From the sequence record MW584180.1: a DNA stretch of 64,000 nt, one strand, 5' to 3'. This document shows, piece by piece, positions 35,985 through 46,755 of the stretch (positions within the stretch are counted from its first letter, which is position 1; each line of letters begins with the position of its first letter). Source of the stretch: Mycobacterium phage prophiGD15-1. The position numbers and the translations under genes were made by a program. The notes below the pieces were generated by a model that saw only the letters and a program-made list of their open reading frames with translations, was not told the DNA's origin and searched no databases.

Positions 35985-36815
35985 ATGGCTGTTACCCATT
36001 TCATCCCCGAAATCTGGTCGTCCTACATTCTTGAGCGCTACATGGCCAAGAATGTGTTCGCCTCCCTCGTTGACCGCAAGTACGAAGGTGAAGCCCGCAA
36101 GGGCAACACCATCCACATCCCCGGTGTGGTCGCCCCGGCGGTCAAGGACTACAAGGCGGCTAGCCGCACCACGTCGGCAGACGCCATCAGCGACACCGGA
36201 ATCGACATCCTGATCGATCAGGAGAAGAACTTCGACTTCTACGTCGACGACATCGACAACGCGCAGTCGAACGAAAACCTGCTGCCGCTGTACACCGACG
36301 CCGCCGGTGACTCGCTGGCCACCGACGCCGACCAGTTCATCGCCAACCTGCTTGTCGCCAACGCCACCGGCATGCCATGGTCGTCCAACCCCACCACGGG
36401 AGATGGCGCGTTCAACGTCGTCAAGGACGCCCGCAAGCTGATGAACAAGGCCAACGTTCCTGACGACGATCTGCGTGTCGCGGTTGTGAACGCCGAGTTC
36501 GAAGCCTTGCTGGTCGGTGCTGATTCGAAGCTCACCAGCTTCGATTCGTCCGGCGACACCGCTGGTCTGCGCAACGCCACTGTTGGAAAGCTGCTCGGAT
36601 TCCGTGTGGTTACCTCGAACAACCTGCCTGAGTCTGACTCGCCGCAGGCCGTGTTCTTCCACCAGCGTGCCGCAGCGTTCGTGTCTCAGATTGACGAGGT
36701 CGAAGGCATGCGCGCACAGGACAAGTTCGCCGACCGCATCCGCGGCCTGCATGTGTACGGCGGCAAGGTCGTTCAGGCCCCCGGCGTGCTCGTCTTCAAC
36801 CGGGCCGGCAGCTAG
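35985..36815 (+). CDS. Major capsid protein.
   Basis: Position after the scaffold. 276 aa. Strong SD GGAAGGAG. Confidence 0.65.
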   Translation: MAVTHFIPEIWSSYILERYMAKNVFASLVDRKYEGEARKGNTIHIPGVVAPAVKDYKAASRTTSADAISDTGIDILIDQEKNFDFYVDDIDNAQSNENLLPLYTDAAGDSLATDADQFIANLLVANATGMPWSSNPTTGDGAFNVVKDARKLMNKANVPDDDLRVAVVNAEFEALLVGADSKLTSFDSSGDTAGLRNATVGKLLGFRVVTSNNLPESDSPQAVFFHQRAAAFVSQIDEVEGMRAQDKFADRIRGLHVYGGKVVQAPGVLVFNRAGS

Positions 36816-37387
36816 TGCTGGCATCTCCCGCTGACGTCGCCCACGCCCTAGGGCTGGAAGACGAGAACGAGCTCACCGCCTCCCAGCAGGCCCGTGTCGA
36901 GGGCCTGCTGGAGAGGGTGTCTCGAAGGTTTCAGCGGGAGGCCGGACGAACCCTGACCGCAGGGGCGGTGACCGTGCGTGCACTCACGGTGGAGGGCCGG
37001 GTACATCTACCGGACCCCCCGTCTGGAGACACTGTTACGGTCACCGACCTCTGTGGTAACACGCTCGAAGGTGTCATCGAGGGCGACTACGTTGATGTCA
37101 CCCGCAACGGGTGCCCTGTCGCCACGGGTGAAATCCTTGTCGTCGAATACACCCGAGATGAGCCGCCCCAGGCCGCAATAGATGCGGTAGCGGCGATGGT
37201 CGCGCGCCACCTCACGGTGGAACCCGGTTCACCCGAATCGAAGTCCACCGACCTCACCGCGGGCGCGGATTTTCGGCAGCGTCTTGCCGACTGGGTGTCT
37301 GACACATCCTTGTTCACCGACGAGGAACTAGCGGAGGCGAGAAGCTACCGCTACCCCGTCCCTAATGTGATCATCCACCGCCTGTGA
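36815..37387 (+). CDS. Head-to-tail adaptor/connector protein.
   Basis: Synteny. Confidence 0.45.
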   Translation: MLASPADVAHALGLEDENELTASQQARVEGLLERVSRRFQREAGRTLTAGAVTVRALTVEGRVHLPDPPSGDTVTVTDLCGNTLEGVIEGDYVDVTRNGCPVATGEILVVEYTRDEPPQAAIDAVAAMVARHLTVEPGSPESKSTDLTAGADFRQRLADWVSDTSLFTDEELAEARSYRYPVPNVIIHRL

Positions 37388-37719
37388 CCTTCGAATCACT
37401 GGCCAGGATCCCGGTCACGTACACCCCATACACGGGTGTCACTCAGGATTCCCTAGGGAACGATGTTCCCTCATTCGGCCCCACAGTGGACCTGAAGGCG
37501 TACTCGTATGCCCCGCACCGGACTGAAGACACGGACGGGCACACCTCACGCGATATCGCAGAAGTCGATCTAGCCATGCCCCCCATGACCGTTGATCTGA
37601 TGTCCCGATTCGGGATCAATGGGAAAACCTACGAGGTGGTGGGTGAACGCGACGAAACAGGCGGATTCCACGGCTGGAAGCCAGGAATCATCGTCGAGCT
37701 GAAAAGGGTGACCGGATAG
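37384..37719 (+). CDS. Head-tail connector protein.
   Basis: Synteny. Confidence 0.4.
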   Translation: MTFESLARIPVTYTPYTGVTQDSLGNDVPSFGPTVDLKAYSYAPHRTEDTDGHTSRDIAEVDLAMPPMTVDLMSRFGINGKTYEVVGERDETGGFHGWKPGIIVELKRVTG

Positions 37720-37985
37720 TGGCCAAGTTCAGGCTGAATCGTAAGGCGCAGAGCGAATTGACGAAGGAAATCGTCGAGAAGGTCTGCGTTCCCATGATGC
37801 AGCGGGTCGCTGACGCCTGCAACCAAGAAGCGGGACTGGAAGACGGTTTCCGCGTCTCGGTAGAAGGCGATGATCCTTTGGATAAGCGCGACTACCGGGC
37901 AACAGCTATCGCCGCAACGGCAGAGGCCATCCGGTACGACCACAAGCACGACGCACTGCTACACAACTTTGGCGAGGCTGGCTGA
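37719..37985 (+). CDS. Head-tail joining protein.
   Basis: Synteny. Confidence 0.35.
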   Translation: MAKFRLNRKAQSELTKEIVEKVCVPMMQRVADACNQEAGLEDGFRVSVEGDDPLDKRDYRATAIAATAEAIRYDHKHDALLHNFGEAG

Positions 37986-38362
37986 TGTTCGCCTACCACG
38001 CCCAAGTGGTCAGGGACTGGCTGGACGAAAACATGCCGGTTCGGGTGTCCACTGACGTGCCGAAAACGCGCCCAGCGCAGCTGATCACAATCGATTCAGC
38101 GCCAATCTCTAGCGGATACTCGGGAACCAAAGCCCGCGTACTCGCACGGCGCCGACTGATCATCTACTCATGGGGCGCCAACGAACTGGACGCATACAAC
38201 CTGATCGAGCAGACGCGTGAATGGCTCCTCAAACTCCCCGGCAAGGGCCGCGGAGTGCACGCTGTAGACATCGCAGGGGAACCTGCCCGCCGCGATGACA
38301 TCGAAAGCGAAACGCGACGGTTCGTGATGACCGTCGATGTATTAATGCGTTCAAATCCCTGA
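37985..38362 (+). CDS. Tail terminator-like protein.
   Basis: Synteny, upstream of the major tail gene. Confidence 0.35.
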   Translation: MFAYHAQVVRDWLDENMPVRVSTDVPKTRPAQLITIDSAPISSGYSGTKARVLARRRLIIYSWGANELDAYNLIEQTREWLLKLPGKGRGVHAVDIAGEPARRDDIESETRRFVMTVDVLMRSNP

Positions 38363-38428
38363 ATTTACAACTAAATACACCCTTTCAAAGGCTCGGCTGC
38401 ACCGATCTGCTTCTGAAAGGGGCACATC

Positions 38429-39016
38429 ATGGCTGAAGAAGTCGGCAACGTTTTCGCCGCAGAGCCGTCCGCCGCTGGGGCCGCGTTCGTCGCCCCGCTC
38501 GGAACTACCCTCCCAACCAGTGTCGACGGAGTGCTCGATGCCGCGTTCGTCGGTCTTGGGTATGTCGGCGAGGACGGTATCACTGAAACATCGGAGCGGT
38601 CCACCGATGAGAAGAAAGACATGGGTGGCCGCATCGTCAAGGTGCTGCAGACCGAGTACAACCACTCGTTCAAATTCGTCCTCCTGGAATCGCTGAATGC
38701 CGATGTCCTCAAGGCGATCTACGGTGCTTCAAACGTCACCGTCACCCCCGCTGACGGTACTCACGGCACCCAGGTGAAGGTCCGCAAGACCAGCAAGAAG
38801 CTGCCCCACCAGACGTGGGTGTTCGACACCATCGACTCGGAGCTGTCCGCGAAGTACCGCAACTGCGTCGCAGACGGGCAGGTCATCTCTGTTGGTGATG
38901 TGACCTTGGCTAGCAAGGACACCATCGAATACGAGGTGGAACTGAAGGTCTTCGAGTCGTCCACCGGTGAATACGTGACCACGTACACCGACGACGGGCG
39001 GATCGCGGGCTCCTAA
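38429..39016 (+). CDS. Major tail protein.
   Basis: 195 aa directly before the chaperone pair. Strong expression signals. Confidence 0.6.
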   Translation: MAEEVGNVFAAEPSAAGAAFVAPLGTTLPTSVDGVLDAAFVGLGYVGEDGITETSERSTDEKKDMGGRIVKVLQTEYNHSFKFVLLESLNADVLKAIYGASNVTVTPADGTHGTQVKVRKTSKKLPHQTWVFDTIDSELSAKYRNCVADGQVISVGDVTLASKDTIEYEVELKVFESSTGEYVTTYTDDGRIAGS

Positions 39017-39020
39017 TAGA

Positions 39021-39066
39021 CGCGGCGGGGCCGAATTCCCCTGCAGCCGAGCGCGGCCCCGCCGCT
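39021..39066 (+). terminator. GC-rich stem-loop (GCGGCGGGGCC…GGCCCCGCCGC) after the major tail gene. Possible attenuator.
   Basis: 11-bp perfect inverted repeat. No U-tract. Confidence 0.35.
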
Positions 39067-39110
39067 CTCCAAGCGCTACGGCTGCACACAAACCCCTTGA
39101 AAGGGCGCTC

Positions 39111-39377
39111 ATGGCTGCAAAAAACGCAACACCCTACGTCCACATCGTGGAAATCGAAGGCGTCGAAAAGAAGATCAACCTCAAACCCTTCGGGTCCGTT
39201 CCATCCGGTGTCATTCGGCGAAACCGCAAGAACCCCGAAGAGGGTATGTGGGAAATCTTTGAGTGGGGCGCGGTCTCGGAAGCCGATCTTGCTGTGTTCG
39301 ACGAGCTGCCCCTAACTGAGGTGGAAGACCTTTTCACCGCCTGGCAGGAGGCCGGACAGGTCACCGTGGGGGAATAG
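39111..39377 (+). CDS. Tail assembly chaperone (short form).
   Basis: 88-aa ORF between the major tail and tape measure genes. Confidence 0.55.
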   Translation: MAAKNATPYVHIVEIEGVEKKINLKPFGSVPSGVIRRNRKNPEEGMWEIFEWGAVSEADLAVFDELPLTEVEDLFTAWQEAGQVTVGE

Positions 39378-39805
39378 TCGCGCTTCTCGACCTCATCGAG
39401 AAGCATGGCACCGCACTAGAATACGACCTGATCAAAGACGGGCTACGCCTACGTGACTGCCCGTCTGACGAATTCAACTGGCGCGATCTGTGGGTGTATG
39501 TCAATCACCCGGAAGAGACAAGCGCGCTATGGAAGTCCAGGAACCCGAAGTATGCGGGCTGGACTCTGACTACCCGCCTTCTGGCGATTATCGCCAATGC
39601 GCTGCGCTGGCTGGTGTGGGCGAAAACCAAGGACGGACACCGTAACCGGAACCGTCCGGTGCCAATCGGCCCTGATATGGGCGATCAGCAGTCACGCCCC
39701 GGCCTGAAAGTCAAAGCCGCGCCCCTCTCGAAGGTCAAAGAGCTACTCGGCCTTTCAGGCGAAGAGCGGCGCGAGAAGAAACTGCGAAACCTGTTCGGAA
39801 ATTAG
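39111..39805 (+). CDS. Tail assembly chaperone, long form via programmed -1 translational frameshift near 39360-39377.
   Basis: A downstream ORF in the -1 frame (track 39494..39805, open from ~39380) ends just before the tape measure start. Possible slippery run GGGGGAA at 39369-39375. Confidence 0.45.
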
Positions 39806-39815
39806 GAGGTGACAC

Positions 39816-42800
39816 ATGGCTGTTGAACTTTCATCGGGATATGTGTCTGCCACCGTCAGGTTCGATGGGGTCAACAGGGGCATCAGCAAGCTCTTTGACA
39901 ACGTCCAGAAGCAGGCAGTCAGCGCGGGAAAGAGGACCGGCTCCGCATACGCTAAAGCCCTTGCCGACGAGGCGAAAACCGCTGCGGATCAAGTTAAAAA
40001 GATCTCCGAAACGGTCGCTAAGTCTCGCGACAAAGAAGCTGACGCCGCGGGCAAGCTCAAGGTGGCCCTTGAGAAGCTGAATGAGGCTCGCGAGGCGGGA
40101 ACCAAGGGCTCGAAGCTCACCGCTTTGTCGGAAGCGCATGCGTCGGCGATGCGTAAGCAGCAGGCCGCGGCGAGTGAACTCGCCAAGGACTTGGATGCGG
40201 TAGCACGCGCCCAGAAGCGTGCCTCCGACGCGCAGTCCGCGATCGACAAGTCGTCCAAGCCGATACGTAACCAGGTATCCAAGCTCCTCTCTGGCTCATC
40301 TGACGCCGCAGGACGTGAAGGCGGACTTGCGGGGCGCAGGTTTGGCGATTCATTCTCCAGTGCGCTACGCACAACCGGGATTGTTGCTGCGGGTACCGCG
40401 GTAGGGAACCTGGCTGCTAATGCGATGACTAAGGCTGCGAGCCTGGCCACGAGCGGTGTTTCAGCGGTTGTCACCAAGGGCTTGGACTTCGAGAAGACCA
40501 TGAACACCCTCTCGGGTGTCACAGGTGCTTCGGCAGACGTGATGCAGCGGTTCCGCGACACCGCCAAGGCCCTCGGTAACGACATGACGTTGTCGAATAC
40601 CTCGGCTGCTGATGCGGCGCAGGCCATGACGGAGCTTGCCAAAGCCGGTTTCTCGGTGGATGAGTCAATAACCGCGGCCAAGGGCACCCTGCAACTAGCC
40701 GCCGCCGCACAGGTGAGCGCCGGACAAGCTGCCGAGATCCAAGCCAACGCGCTACAGGCATTCGGATTGAAGGCCGACTACGCCTCTAAAGCTGCCGATG
40801 TGCTGTCCAATGCCGCCAATGCATCATCGGCAGAGATAACCGATGTCGCGTTCGCTCTTCAGGCTGGCGGTTCTGTCGCACGCCAGACGGGGGTGTCCCT
40901 CGAGGACACCGCGGCAAGTATCGCACTGTTGGCCAACAACGGAATTAAGGGTAGCGACGCTGGAACCCTGTTGAAGTCGGCGCTTTTGAAGCTCTCCGCC
41001 CCGAGTGATCAAGCCTCGGGGGCGCTGCAAGAACTGGGCGTGAGCGCTTTCGATGCGCAGGGCAACTTCGTTGGCATGGAAGCCCTGTTCGGGCAGCTGC
41101 AGGCCGCATCCAAGCGCATGACGCCCGAAATGTATGCGATGAACACCGCCCTCGCGTTCGGATCGGATGCCGCACGTCTGGCAGGTGTGGCGGCCAAGGA
41201 CGGCGCAGCAGGATTCGACAAGATGCGCGACGCCATGAACCAGGAAGGTTCAGCGTCGAAGCTGGCGGCAGCCCAAAATCAGGGCCTACCTGGCGTAATT
41301 GAGCGGCTGAAGAACGCTGCGGAAACCCTCGCCATCACGTTGTTCGAGAAGATCCAAGGCCCCCTGTCAAGCATCGGCGATGGACTGACCGGATTCACGA
41401 ACAAGATGCAGGACGCTTTCGAGAACCCTGCCGTGAGCCAAGCCGCGGGGAATATCGGTTCAGCTCTGTCGACCATCGGAACCGCCTTCGGAAACGTCCT
41501 GTCTGCGGTCGGTCCGTCGTTGGTGAGCGGACTATCCGATGCGGTCAACCTGATCGTCCGGTTCAAAGATTTCCTCATCCCACTAGTGGCCGGTTTGGCC
41601 GCCTACAAGACGGTGATGCTCGCCATCACTGTCGCCACTAAGGCGTGGGCTGCCGTGCAAGCACTGTTGAATATTGCACTCACAGCCAACCCGATCGGCC
41701 TGATAATCGCCGCAATCGCCGGTTTGGTCGCCGGAATTGTGGTGCTGTACAAGCGCAACGAGACATTCAGAAACATCGTCCAGGCCACGTGGACCGCCAT
41801 CAAGAACGTTATCGGGGCGGTGTGGGGCTGGCTATCCACCACCGTATTCCCGGCACTGAAAACCGCGTTCACCGCCATCGGCACAGGGGCGATGTGGCTG
41901 TGGAACAACGCCATTAAGCCAGCTTGGAACGGAATCAAGGAAGTTATCGGCCTCGCGTGGGAGGTCGCCTCCGATCTGTTCGCGAACTGGAAGCGCGCAA
42001 TGGACCTGCTGGGTCAGGGCGCATTGTGGCTGTGGAATAACGCGATTTCCCCGGCATGGGAAGGCATCAAGACCGCTATCAGTGCGGCCTGGAGATTCGT
42101 GTCACCAATCTTGGATAAGTTCTCCGAGGGGTGGGACGCGCTCAAGTCCGGCATCTCTGGCGCTTCAAGCGCGATTAAAGACGCTGTTACCTCGGCATTC
42201 TCGGGTCTCGCAGCGGTCATCAAGGCACCCCTGAAAGTCCTAGGAACGTTCCTCGCCGCAATCCCATCCGAGGTGTTCGGATTCCAGATTCCCGGCGCAG
42301 ACAAACTCAACTCGTGGGGTAAGTCGCTACAAGGCTTCGCTGCGGGTGGCATGGTCCGCGGCGCCGGCACGGGCACAAGCGACTCCATCTTGGCGTGGCT
42401 GTCTAACGGTGAGGGTGTTGTCACTGCCAAGGGGATGAAGAACGGCGGCGCGGGCATCGTCGCTGCCCTCAACTCAGGCTGGGTGCCATCTGCCGCATAT
42501 CTGCACGACATGATGCGTGCCCCCGGATACGCCCAGGGCCTCAACCCTGGCGCCGACTATCTGCGGTCACTGGTCATGAAGATGTGGCCCCAGATCAAAG
42601 ACATTGGCGGCCGACGGGCTGAAGATGGCTTCGGGGAGCACTCATCCGGCAACGCCATCGACATCATGATCCCCGGCTGGGACACGCCCCAAGGCAAGGC
42701 GCTGGGTGACGCGGTCGCGGCGTTCATCGCCAAGAACGCGTCAGCGCTGGGGCTTGACGGATTCATTTGGCGTCAGCAGAGCTACGGATATGGCGGCTCG

Positions 42801-43829
42801 CTCACCTCCGGTAAGCAGATGCCCGACCGGGGTAGCAGCACCCAGAACCACATGGATCACGTGCACGTGATGCTAGGCAAGGGCCGGGGTGCCGGCGCCG
42901 CGGCTGTGGGGCTCCCGACAAGCAGCATCTCCCTTCCCTCAGGTGGTGGTTCGGTATCCGCTTTGGGATTCGGGGGCTCATCGGGATCTGCGGGGTCCTC
43001 GGGTGCCAGCCCGAAGCAGGTGCGCGAAGCCGACGACCGTATCAATGATCTGTCCAACCGCCTGGACGTGACCGAGCAGGAGCTAGCCGACCTCGAGTCC
43101 AATCCTAAGGCGAAAGAAACGACCAAGCAGCGTAAACGCGACATGGTCGACAAGCTCAAGCGGGATCTTCAGCAGGCGAAAGACGACCGAAATGCCCTCG
43201 GTTCAAGCGGGTCTGGCGGTGGATTCGGGGGCGGCAACAACCCGTACGCCAAGATCGCCGAAGGACTAGCTGAAATCATGCCGGATGCCGGGGGCCTCGC
43301 TGACATCGGCATCGGCGGACTCAAAGAGTCCCTTCTGCCGCCAGGATTCTCCGACCCCACCCAATGGGGATTGGTACAAGCGGGCTCAACTCTGCTGAAG
43401 TTCTTTGGCGGGCTGCGCAATAACTCGGATGGAAAACCGCTACTAGGTGAGGGCGGGGCGCTGTTCGCCAATATCGCCGGATCTGCCATGACTGGATCTG
43501 GCAGCGGAATCGTCGACGCGATCAAGACAATCATTCCGGCCCCGTTCGGGAGCATGGATGCTGCGCAACTCCAAGGCGCCCCAGGGGACATCAACCCCGT
43601 CATTGCAGGTGCTCAAATCCCAGGCACCGGCTTCGGCGATATGGGCTCCGCTTTCTCCAGCGGCAGCGCCGGTCCCGCACAGGGCGGAAATGGCGCAAAC
43701 GTCGACCAGTCCATCAACTTCAACGCCCCCGTAGGAACCGGCGTCGATCAGGCGATGCAGAAGTCGCAATCCGCCCAAAACCAACAGTGGCGCCAGAACT
43801 TCGGAACACGAACCGGACCGGTGGGGTAG
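39816..43829 (+). CDS. Tape measure protein.
   Basis: 1337 aa, Ala/Gly-rich, with TM segments, after the chaperone pair. Confidence 0.8.
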   Translation: MAVELSSGYVSATVRFDGVNRGISKLFDNVQKQAVSAGKRTGSAYAKALADEAKTAADQVKKISETVAKSRDKEADAAGKLKVALEKLNEAREAGTKGSKLTALSEAHASAMRKQQAAASELAKDLDAVARAQKRASDAQSAIDKSSKPIRNQVSKLLSGSSDAAGREGGLAGRRFGDSFSSALRTTGIVAAGTAVGNLAANAMTKAASLATSGVSAVVTKGLDFEKTMNTLSGVTGASADVMQRFRDTAKALGNDMTLSNTSAADAAQAMTELAKAGFSVDESITAAKGTLQLAAAAQVSAGQAAEIQANALQAFGLKADYASKAADVLSNAANASSAEITDVAFALQAGGSVARQTGVSLEDTAASIALLANNGIKGSDAGTLLKSALLKLSAPSDQASGALQELGVSAFDAQGNFVGMEALFGQLQAASKRMTPEMYAMNTALAFGSDAARLAGVAAKDGAAGFDKMRDAMNQEGSASKLAAAQNQGLPGVIERLKNAAETLAITLFEKIQGPLSSIGDGLTGFTNKMQDAFENPAVSQAAGNIGSALSTIGTAFGNVLSAVGPSLVSGLSDAVNLIVRFKDFLIPLVAGLAAYKTVMLAITVATKAWAAVQALLNIALTANPIGLIIAAIAGLVAGIVVLYKRNETFRNIVQATWTAIKNVIGAVWGWLSTTVFPALKTAFTAIGTGAMWLWNNAIKPAWNGIKEVIGLAWEVASDLFANWKRAMDLLGQGALWLWNNAISPAWEGIKTAISAAWRFVSPILDKFSEGWDALKSGISGASSAIKDAVTSAFSGLAAVIKAPLKVLGTFLAAIPSEVFGFQIPGADKLNSWGKSLQGFAAGGMVRGAGTGTSDSILAWLSNGEGVVTAKGMKNGGAGIVAALNSGWVPSAAYLHDMMRAPGYAQGLNPGADYLRSLVMKMWPQIKDIGGRRAEDGFGEHSSGNAIDIMIPGWDTPQGKALGDAVAAFIAKNASALGLDGFIWRQQSYGYGGSLTSGKQMPDRGSSTQNHMDHVHVMLGKGRGAGAAAVGLPTSSISLPSGGGSVSALGFGGSSGSAGSSGASPKQVREADDRINDLSNRLDVTEQELADLESNPKAKETTKQRKRDMVDKLKRDLQQAKDDRNALGSSGSGGGFGGGNNPYAKIAEGLAEIMPDAGGLADIGIGGLKESLLPPGFSDPTQWGLVQAGSTLLKFFGGLRNNSDGKPLLGEGGALFANIAGSAMTGSGSGIVDAIKTIIPAPFGSMDAAQLQGAPGDINPVIAGAQIPGTGFGDMGSAFSSGSAGPAQGGNGANVDQSINFNAPVGTGVDQAMQKSQSAQNQQWRQNFGTRTGPVG

Positions 43830-43832
43830 TAG

Positions 43833-44942
43833 ATGGCTCTGTCTAACCCTTGGATCCACGGCCCGGAAACCGGCGAAGACTTCACACAGCTCCCGCCGCA
43901 CCTGCAAGGCGTGGAAACGAAGATCGTCTACATCGGCGTCGTGCATCCGATCCACAAGAAGCGGTTCACCTGGAACCTCTTGGGTTCACACAAGGGCCGC
44001 GAGGGCATTGTGATGGCGCCCGTCGCCACCGGGTTGTTCCACACCCCGTTCGAAACTCTCATGTCCGAGGGCCCGTACCAGATCGGTGCCGAACCAGAGC
44101 GCACCGACTGGAAGAAGCGCATGATTTCCATCGGCGTTCACGTGAATCCCGATATCGCCCCCTGGATAAGCGGCAGTAGTAGCAGGGTCATTGACACCCC
44201 GTTCCGGTATCGGATGATTGAGGAACGCTGGTGGGGTTCATGGTCGGCCACCGAAGACGGCTACCTGGGAGTGTTTACCCGCACCCATGGGTGGCGGTGG
44301 CTGCGGGTCAGGCTCGCTGAAGAGCCCAAAGACCCGTGGGAACTCGACCCGGTGGCATTCGGCAACAACTTCATGACCTGGAGCATGAACATCGTTGCCA
44401 CGCAGCCCTATTTCGCTAAGCGAACCGAGTTCAAGACGTGGCAGAACGATGTCGAAACCTCCACCCTGTGGGACAAGATTGAGGACCTGCTCAACGAGTT
44501 CATTCCCGGGCTGGATGTGGGTGAAGGCGCCATTCGTGTGCCGAACCGCGGAGACATCGCCGTCTACCCGAAGTTCTTGGTGTCCTCGCCAGGCAAATGC
44601 TGGATTCAAGAGGGTGACCGGTGGGTCCAGCTGCCGCTACTGAGCCCGCAAGACGGCTACGTGATGGTAGATACCGACCCGAACGCGCAAACACTCACCG
44701 CAACAACAGATCCAGTGGACCCGCTGTTCATGCGGATCCTGCGAAACTCTCAACTCCTAGATGTCCTTCTGCATGACCTGCTTTCCATCACCCTGCCGGT
44801 GTGGAGGCGTATGGAGGACCGATTCACCGAAGCATCCAAGATCCCGCCACGCACGCTCGCGGCGGTCAAGGTGCGCCACTCCAACGCTGACGGGCGGGTC
44901 ACCATGTTTGTTCCCCAACGCTATTCGAAGGGCTTCGCGTAG
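43833..44942 (+). CDS. Minor tail protein (distal tail-like).
   Basis: Synteny after the tape measure. Confidence 0.5.
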   Translation: MALSNPWIHGPETGEDFTQLPPHLQGVETKIVYIGVVHPIHKKRFTWNLLGSHKGREGIVMAPVATGLFHTPFETLMSEGPYQIGAEPERTDWKKRMISIGVHVNPDIAPWISGSSSRVIDTPFRYRMIEERWWGSWSATEDGYLGVFTRTHGWRWLRVRLAEEPKDPWELDPVAFGNNFMTWSMNIVATQPYFAKRTEFKTWQNDVETSTLWDKIEDLLNEFIPGLDVGEGAIRVPNRGDIAVYPKFLVSSPGKCWIQEGDRWVQLPLLSPQDGYVMVDTDPNAQTLTATTDPVDPLFMRILRNSQLLDVLLHDLLSITLPVWRRMEDRFTEASKIPPRTLAAVKVRHSNADGRVTMFVPQRYSKGFA

Positions 44943-44944
44943 CA

Positions 44945-46741
44945 GTGTCGGGTGATTGGTCGGTCGATCTGACCGACTTCACAAGCCTGCAAGGAATCCT
45001 GGACCGGCTGCTCCGCGAGACGCAGACCACCCCAGACCTTGGCGACCCCATGGTGGCGTACCGCTACCTCAATGCGCGCCGCAAGGCCATGCGGGACGCC
45101 TACAAGCAGCGACCTTTGCTGAGGATCTGGGACAAGCACCACCGCCCGATCGCCGACCTAGCGGGCGAGAAATCGGTTGTTGTAGAGGAAGTCATGGCGG
45201 ACTCAGGTACCGCCACGGTGGTCATCAGGCATTCGAACTGGCTGTCAAAGTTCCTTCTCTATGACCGCCGCGCTGAAGAAGATATCCAGTTCACGCTAGA
45301 TCCGAACCCTACTGATCGGTCTTGGAAAACCCGTTGGGGCGGAAAGATCGTGAACGTCAACGCAGTGCGCGACAAAGACGGGTTGCACACCGTTGAGCTC
45401 GAGATGATGCACAACCGGGAGCACGCCAAACACATCCTGGGTGGCGCGAATCCTCTGTTACCGCCTGAAATTCAGTTCCCGAAGATGTTCTTCCTTCCCT
45501 GGAACATGCGCACTGCCGGTTCGATCATCATGTTCTTGAACCTGGCTCGCCAGTTCTTTCCGCTATTGAGTATCCCCACGAACATTTTCAACCCTGGCGC
45601 CTGGCTAGGGGTTCGGGACATCATCGGCGGCCTGAACCCGTTGGCGTGGCCTATCCAGGTCCAATTCGTCAACCCACTGTTCGATCAGTCTCGTACCACG
45701 ATCCTGTCGTCCCGCTGGCAAGACCTGCACACCGTTTTGGCTGCACCGATGCAGGACGCCGGCTGCATGCTGCGCGCCTACACCTGGCTGACCGAAGATG
45801 ACACCTCGCCGCACCCAGAACTGGGGGCACTCGGGGATGCGCTGGCGCGCCCCACCCGCAACTGCGTGGTCTTCGCATTCGAAGACAAGTCCGGGGTTAC
45901 TGGACCCACGGGGACCTTAATTGACGGTCCTCTCCGCCTAATCGCTGAGACCGCCGACGATTTGATCACCAACGCCATCGTCCCGCCCGACATGTACGAC
46001 GAAGACGGCGACGGCAAAACCGATCCACTGATCAGGAAGTGGTTGGGATTCGCCCCCGCTAAGCCCAAGGTTGTTTTCCGCGAGGGTGAATACACCGGGA
46101 TCATCGACGCTAAACGGTCCATGAAGGGCTCAACAGCGAAGACCGTGATGACGGGCTCCCGGTCACCGGCCTGGCTGAATCAACTCCAAACATTCGGCAT
46201 CAAGTACGGGCTGTCCCAGCTATCCGCTGTCATTTCATACGGTTTGGGTGCTTACCAGCAGCCGGGAACCCCCGGTTTGGAGGAGCTGTACCAAGGGCAG
46301 CTGGATAACACGCTGTTCGCATGGCAACGATTCACCGATCCGCGCCGCGTACTTCTCATGGGCGATCTGGGGTATCTGGAGCATTTCGAACAAGGTCAAG
46401 GGACCGCCTACACGTCAGCGGGAATCCTGGATCTACGGAACGGGCATTGGAAGACAAGGGCGTTCGTCAGCTTCAAGACAAGCATCCGCAACGGGATGCC
46501 TTGGATAGCCGATGAGCATTTCACCCTCGGCGACAGGGTGGCCTTCCAGTTGGGAAGCGTCCTGCACGTCGACCAAGTGTCGGCGATCCGCCGCTCCTAC
46601 GATGCGGACTCGCCACTACTGGTTGAACTATCGCTCGGCCAGGACTTGGACGAAGAAGACCCAGTAGCCAAGTCGATGCGCACCCTCGCGGGCTTCTGGA
46701 ACCTCGCCGGAACCTTCTTCGGTTCCGACTCAATGTTCTGA
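44945..46741 (+). CDS. Minor tail protein (tail-associated/hub-like).
   Basis: 598 aa, by synteny. Confidence 0.5.
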   Translation: MSGDWSVDLTDFTSLQGILDRLLRETQTTPDLGDPMVAYRYLNARRKAMRDAYKQRPLLRIWDKHHRPIADLAGEKSVVVEEVMADSGTATVVIRHSNWLSKFLLYDRRAEEDIQFTLDPNPTDRSWKTRWGGKIVNVNAVRDKDGLHTVELEMMHNREHAKHILGGANPLLPPEIQFPKMFFLPWNMRTAGSIIMFLNLARQFFPLLSIPTNIFNPGAWLGVRDIIGGLNPLAWPIQVQFVNPLFDQSRTTILSSRWQDLHTVLAAPMQDAGCMLRAYTWLTEDDTSPHPELGALGDALARPTRNCVVFAFEDKSGVTGPTGTLIDGPLRLIAETADDLITNAIVPPDMYDEDGDGKTDPLIRKWLGFAPAKPKVVFREGEYTGIIDAKRSMKGSTAKTVMTGSRSPAWLNQLQTFGIKYGLSQLSAVISYGLGAYQQPGTPGLEELYQGQLDNTLFAWQRFTDPRRVLLMGDLGYLEHFEQGQGTAYTSAGILDLRNGHWKTRAFVSFKTSIRNGMPWIADEHFTLGDRVAFQLGSVLHVDQVSAIRRSYDADSPLLVELSLGQDLDEEDPVAKSMRTLAGFWNLAGTFFGSDSMF

Positions 46742-46755
46742 GTAAAGGAACGAAA

